27,686 nt of DNA, taken from positions 1 to 27,686 of the forward strand of contig CBFFRP010000176.1 of the NCBI GenBank assembly GCA_965644295.1. The letters run 5' to 3'. The DNA comes from Paraphysomonas bandaiensis (taxonomy: Eukaryota > Protista > Chrysophyceae). Made by a program: the position numbers and the translations under genes. This document shows, one piece after another, positions 21,545-27,686 of this stretch (position 1 is the first letter of the stretch; the number at the start of each line of letters is the position of its first letter). The notes under the pieces were generated by a model. It did not search any database. It saw nothing but the letters and a program-made list of their open reading frames with translations, and was not told the DNA's origin.

Positions 21545-24500
21545 ATGTCTCTATTGAGACTGTGGCTGAGTCACATCAGTGTGCCCAGGGCCTTTTACAC
21601 TCCCTTACTGCTGCATTTTGTTGACCACCACGCTTCTGACAAATTACCTGTCACACCATGTTGTACACGCTCCAAGCCCCCCTGCCTGGCCTTGCAACCT
21701 TCACCCTACTCAACTACTTCAGTTAAACCACGTGCCTGCACCAATGCAGCGCTGACCGCACCTATGTGCTATCCCCTCAGCAGACAACTTCGTCTCACCC
21801 ATCGCTTTCTACGGCTACAACCTCTCAGAACATGGCTCGTGCGAGCAGGCTCACGAAAACGACCCCCATGGACCCCCTATGCAATCACTGAATACTCTCG
21901 ATCCCTCTCAACTGTGCAACAGGGCTGCCTTCTGCCGCCCACTCAACCCAACCCAACATGGTTTGTCTGTGGTCCATCCACCCAGCAGGCTACCCCCTCA
22001 CCCTGTTCACCTATCACCCCCACAGCCCATCCATCTCATTGGATAGACACTGTATTCCGCATACGGTATACTCGACTACTGTACTACTGTGTCCTACAGG
22101 ATGTATACCATTCCGTGTATACCTCTACTGCTGTTGGACACATCACCATGTCCATGTACCTGTCTACCTGTACTGTTGGACACATCACCATGTCCATGTA
22201 CCTGTCTACCTGTACTGTTGGACACATCACCAGCTCTCTCTCTCTGTCCAACACACTCATAACACCACTGCAGTGTCATACACACACACAGTACACTCTA
22301 CCTCCTCCTAGAAAACCCCCAGACAAACTATCGCCTCTCCCTTACTGGGCGTACTGGTCCACCCACCATTCCTCCTTCCTTCCACAAACTCAATTCCTTC
22401 CATCTTATGATGTGTTTTGCTCCAACGATCACTTCTTCCTGGACACCAAATACCCGGTGGAGTTGGAACTACACGCGCTACTCGAGAGAATTCCTGACCT
22501 CGTCATCATGCGTCTCCAAAATGTGTTGCTATGTCATTCCAAGGGAATGCAAGGAGTCCACCGTGCCAGGTCCATCAACCATCCCTCCCACGCCCTTCAG
22601 GGGAAGGAATTCTCCTCCGATAACAGCGGTGACGGACCTAGCAAATCCACCCACACATTACCCTTACCCACTAAGGATGCCACCACACCGTATGCAACGT
22701 TATTTGACTATTTCCCAGTCAAACGGAAGCCACCTACCACCAACCTTACTCAACTGAACACCATGGGAACTCCAGCATTAGCCCCAGACGGCCCATCCTC
22801 ACTCTCCACTACCACTCCTGACCTCAGGCCGGATGTACTGCCCAAGGATATTGCCACATACCCCCTACACTACACAGAGGGCCGGGGTCACACGCCCTTT
22901 CACTCCGATCTGCTGAACAACTGGGTTAGATATGATGAAACCCAAACTATTGCTGCCTCCCCACAGGGAAACCTTTTAAAAGAAATATACGCACACATGC
23001 TATCCCCTGCCTGTTTAGACATATGGGAAGGATTCATAGCCAAGGCTTCCAGGACGGACAACTATGATCTCATGATATCATTCACGCTACCAGAGCACAA
23101 ATTGGACACCACGCACAGCGCCCTACTAGTTGCCCAGCATCTCGCGAATGGCAACAAACCCTGGGCAGACTCCACTCATGTTGTATCTAGGCATGTGCGG
23201 ACCCTTTGCCTGACAAAGGGTATTCCCTCAACAGCCACTGTCACTCTCCGTAAGACACTTATGCAATATGAATCCTCGAATCCACACACAGGACTACATC
23301 TAGACACGGAGGATTTCCAACTGCTACTCGATCTTCTCTCCATACCATACAGACTATGGGACGCTGTTCAACCGCACCTGGCGCCTGGTTGGGCACAGCT
23401 ATCACCATTCTCCAGACAAGCACTAACAGTGCACGCTTCTACCAACACTGTGGTAACCCATGACATCATACGCAGCCAGCATGGGTTTCACATACTAAAT
23501 GCAACAAATATCCCCACCTCCATCATGCACGCTCTAACACGAACTCAGGAGCGGCTATCCTGTTTTCTACAACACCAGACCTCCAGACAGAGCACCAACA
23601 TCATCTGGACTTCTGAACCGTCAACTGTACCATCTATGCTACATGAGCAAAGAGAGCAACAGGAACAGAGGGAAGTAATTGCAGTCTCCTTGTCACCGAG
23701 AGCTCGACGTCAACTACGGCAGATGAACCCCACGGACCGTCGACAACTCAGGCTCCATATGTGCGACATGAGCAGAGTCTATCGCCTCACCCTCAGACCC
23801 TCAGCCCTTCGCACACAACAACATATCCCAAGTGATGGATACTGCGCATACAGCACACTCTATCATCTGCACATTCTTGCTTCAAGCAGGCGACACACTC
23901 GCTCCTGTCTGAAATTAGACCTCAAACAACGCAAGGACCGTCACACGCTAGCATCTTTTATAAATACATTAGGCACCCAAGCGTTCGACACAATGCAACG
24001 GGAGTGCATGGCCCATCACACACTTCAGCCACTACGACATAAGTTGGATCACGCACAGGCCGCACTTTTAATACCTGCCAAAACAACATACACTACGGAG
24101 GACGACATAACTCACTGGCTCTCAGTGCGAGAGGTCCACCTTTTAGCCTCTACTATCAACCCCTGCACGACGTGGGCGCAAAATGGTAATTATCTCAGCA
24201 TTGTAGGCATCCCTACTGACAAAGTAGCTTATAACATCGCATGGAAGGTGGAGGAACTTAGGAACGCTATTCGTGATAACTACTACCATGTCATACTACA
24301 AGATGCTCACTACTTCCTCTTAGACCCTGCCGGTCTTTCTACTGCCCTAGACAACGCCCTACTATCTCTTGAAAACACCTTGGCCACCAGTATACTCTCA
24401 ACGTCTGACCCCATCGCTCCACCTACACTTCCCGCGGACTCAATCACGAACAACAATAGGACATCAAAGACGACCAGCACCAGAACAACCTCGTCCAGCA

Positions 24501-26110
24501 GCACCAAGTTAGCACGAACAAATCGACAGATTCTGCAGGCTTCAACCCCTGGAGCACTACCATCGCACAAGAAGATGCAGTTGAAACACGCCCAAACTGC
24601 GTTGACAAGTCGATGCCAGCCAACCCGGAAAGCCAAAAAGGTCGTAAATTACGATGAAAGTGACCAACCAACGAACCTTCACAACTCACACCAATCCACG
24701 ACCACACGAACGATCAGACCAACTCCAGCACTTGATACCACCAGCTGGGACAAGGACTGGTCAAGAAAGTTCTACATTGCGTACGCCGATAACACTGCCA
24801 AAGGACTATCCCTTTATGCGAAGAACACATTCCCAGCAGACGTCATCATTGCTGAGTACAAAGGCAAACGCTATCCACTAACAAAGCTGAGTCAGTCTGC
24901 AAGGCGTTCTGATTACATAGTTCAAGACAGTACTGGTACCTTCGCAATAGATGGCTTTGACCAAGTCCGACAATGTGTAACATGCGAAGCTGGGTATATT
25001 AATGACCCCCTAGCCACAAACATGGCTAATGTAATTTTTGACACAAAAAAAACACGCCTCTATGTCCGTACAATACGTCCCATTGCTAAGGATGAAGAAC
25101 TTCTCATCAACTACGGGCATCATTACTGGTGTGATCAACGCTGGCCACTTGAGATATTAATCCAAGCCAGGGCTGCGTACGACAGCGACATAGGCGGTGC
25201 CAATAAAGCAGTATGGGACAGACTCCTTGCAGACAAGAGTGGAACTCCTACAGAGACCTCCAGCAGCATCCCCAAGGCTCCCTCGGGAGCAGCCATGGGA
25301 CTCCGACTCTCCACATGGAACACAAATGGCAATCCGGCATCTCACACAGGCAAAGTCCAAGCTATCATCCGACACTTTAAGCGGCAAAAATTGGACGTGC
25401 TCCTATTACAGGATGTCCGTCTAACAGAAACTCAGGCCAACTTCTTCACACGTATCATAGAAGATGCAATCCAGGGATCAAGAATATGCCTCTTCCTCAG
25501 CAAGCAGCCAAAACTGACTTCAAGAGACCCACTAATGGGGGGTACAGTAGTCATAATCAGCGAATACTGGAAGCGCCGTCTCGCCTTCACAAAGGCTGAC
25601 TTTACGGGACTTGGTTTAGTGAGCCGACTAGAGTTCAAAACGTCGGTGGCGCACACCCTAGTACTAATAAGCGTCTATCTACCCCCGAAGCCATCCACGC
25701 CAGGCTCTTGCACATTATGGAGCAAATTGACCAAGCTAGGGAGAGCGTCCCGTGGTATCTGTACTGCTGACCCCTACAAGCTCCTATGCAACATCCTTAC
25801 GAGAATGGGTCACTAAAGCCAGAGCCAAGGACCATACTGTCATTGTCGCCGGCGACTTCAATGCTCCATGGAGACAAATCCGAAAGGCAGAGACATACGA
25901 CCACTTGCCGACAAACTCCAACTGGCTGCACCACTCCATGAGCTTCTCCTACCCAGGAAAACATATCATACCTTCCACAGATTAGACAAAGGAATCATCG
26001 CCGGATTGATCATATTCTACACACGCCGTTACTTCCGAACATGTCTGTTACGGACACTGGCTGCCTTGACTCCCCCCTCACTACTCGCAGCAGCCTTCGA
26101 TCATCGACCG
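21545..26110 (+). mobile_element. 3'-truncated LINE-like (APE-type non-LTR) retroelement ORF carrying OTU-like, SET and AP-endonuclease domains
   Basis: 1423-aa ORF with a strong A/C strand bias. OTU-like IPSDGYC (Cys 23843)..HY (His 24308). SET GLSLYAK..IAEYKG..GYINDP..N..IRPIAKDEELLINYG (~24770-25130). APE LSTWNTNG, DVLLLQD, GGTVVII, LISVYLPP, then through frameshifts VAGDFNA (25851), IDHI (26005) and FDH (26096). No RT present. The true start codon may lie well downstream of 21545. Confidence 0.75.
22131..22232 (+). repeat. 42-bp tandem repeat, ~2.4 copies
   Basis: Unit ctgttggacacatcaccatgtccatgtacctgtctacctgta starts at 22131, 22173 and (partially) 22215. It reads VGHITMSMYLSTCT in the long ORF. 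Confidence 0.95.
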
Positions 26111-26129
26111 GCCTCTGTACCTCCGTGGA

Positions 26130-27686
26130 GAGCCGGCGCGATCTCTTGAACGTCGTCCTAAAATCGTCTTTTTCAAAGATGTTATGCAGTGTCACGAAGT
26201 TCACTTCATCTGAGTCGAAATCGTCACTTTCGTCCACAAATCCGGACAAATACAGCAATCTTGACAAGCAATCGCAACCACATTGTTCTTCCCTGGGATA
26301 TGACGAATCAAAAAGTCAAAATCCTGCAAATAAATTCTCCATCGAATTATCTTCGCAACTTCTGATGCCGACCATCCACACAAAGGTTGTTGTGGGTCGG
26401 TCTCGCTCGCCAGAGATTTCTTTTCCTCTCTCAGATAAAACGAAAATTTCTTGACTGAATAGAATATGCCAAAACCTTCCTTCTCAATAGTACACCACTT
26501 CAGGCTTGCTCTGACAATTTCTTGGAACAGATAGCAATAGTTTGCTGTTGAATCGGACTGAACCCAGTTCCCTCAACAGTCTGGGAAAAAGAATGCCTGC
26601 CACTCCATAGTCACTGGCATCTGTCCTAAGTGTCACTCAGATCATAATTCGGATAAAACAAAGCACAAGACTGTTGCAAACCACTCTTACTTATAGTTTT
26701 CAAACTCCCTGCCTATAATCGTGCTGCCATGTCACGTTTCTTCCCAATTAAAACTACTCTTAGTCATATCACGTAAGATGTTTAACCAAATCTGAGTAAT
26801 TCTGAACAAATGGAGCGAGAATACTCCCAGACCCAACAAAGATCCTAATCTTCTTACATCTATTTCCATTCTCTGGAAAAGGAATCTTCAATAAAGCCTC
26901 TTTCCTATCGTCCGTGAGCTCGAAACTATTCATGCCTTACCAAATAGCCAAAAAACTTGATCTCCCTAAAACCCTAACCAGGTCTTTGCAAATTTCAACA
27001 CAACTCCATGTTCAATGCATCTATCCAGGAAAATCTCAGCTTCTTGTACACGCATCATCAAAAATCATGTACCAATAACAAGAACAGTATCAAATATACA
27101 CAGCGCCCATTGAATCTCAAACAATTTGACTACCGCTTCTTGCAACACACTAATCCTGGAACCTCCCTCCGGAAGGAATAAAGGCTGAAATTGGCCCCAC
27201 GGTGTTTGAACTGACAATTTTCAGATGTTCATGTTCTCATGCAACCTGATCTGATGGAACGCATTCGTGAGGTCAATGTCCATAAATATCTTTATAGCCA
27301 ATAATACGATCCAACTCATGTCTTACATTAGGAACTGTATAGTGTGGACTTGGAGAATGTACTTAGTTGATTTGCACGTAATCCCCACAAATCCTAAATA
27401 AAAGGTTTCGTAGGCTTTTGGCGCGATCACCAAACAAGAAGCCCACGGCGACCTACTAGGAACATAGATGTAACCACACAGTCTCCTAAACTCCTTCTCC
27501 GCATCCTCATATAATCTAGGATTTACGGGTCTTGCCTTCGGCTTGATCCTGGGAGGCAAATTCTCAGCGAACTTGATGTTCAACGGGATCCACTCCTTTT
27601 ATACCTTCCCACCGCTCTGGAACACGTACCTCTACTCCACTTAGTCCTCAATAACTCCAGCACCGGTCGCGCTGCTGAGAACTCTG
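26130..27686 (-). mobile_element. Ty3/gypsy LTR-retrotransposon pol fragment (RT + RNase H), multiply frameshifted, runs off the window end
   Basis: RT: KPKARPVNP..SRSPWASCLVIAPK, DIDLTNAFHQIRL, TPWGQFQP. RNase H: RTDASDYGVAG, EKEGFG, RWRIYLQDFDFLIRHIPGKNNVVA..LSRL. No integrase or LTR is seen downstream. Confidence 0.9.

Noticed and set aside
22131-22232. Repeat considered as a CRISPR array
   Set aside because: Head-to-tail units with no spacers, no cas genes, and a eukaryotic context.
21545-26110. Interpretation as an endonuclease-encoding Helitron or a viral gene
   Set aside because: No Rep or helicase motifs lie before the APE and there are no viral hallmark genes. The LINE reading is preferred, but it stays unproven without the RT.

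Overview
Eukaryotic nuclear DNA with short GT-AG introns (46-107 bp) and a PACRG gene, so the host is flagellated. Small introns and an oomycete-style hAT remnant hint at a stramenopile (inference only). Left part: a 4-exon gene (653-7977, ~2363 aa after splicing) that fuses a signal peptide, a Kelch propeller, two LRR modules, an NHL propeller, a multi-TM block and an unassigned region to a C-terminal NADPH-oxidase/ferric-reductase (NOX/FRD) module that seems to lack both outer-heme histidines. Middle: a questin-oxidase-like gene, a secreted type-B carboxylesterase, PACRG, an orphan ORF region, and hAT/MITE relics. Right part: a LINE-like ORF carrying OTU-protease-like, SET-methyltransferase and AP-endonuclease domains in tandem. 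It is cut off right after the endonuclease by a frameshifted Ty3/gypsy pol fragment on the opposite strand. The two strongest candidates for new biology are the receptor-like NOX fusion and the OTU+SET retroelement. All domain calls come from reading motifs by eye; no searches were run.
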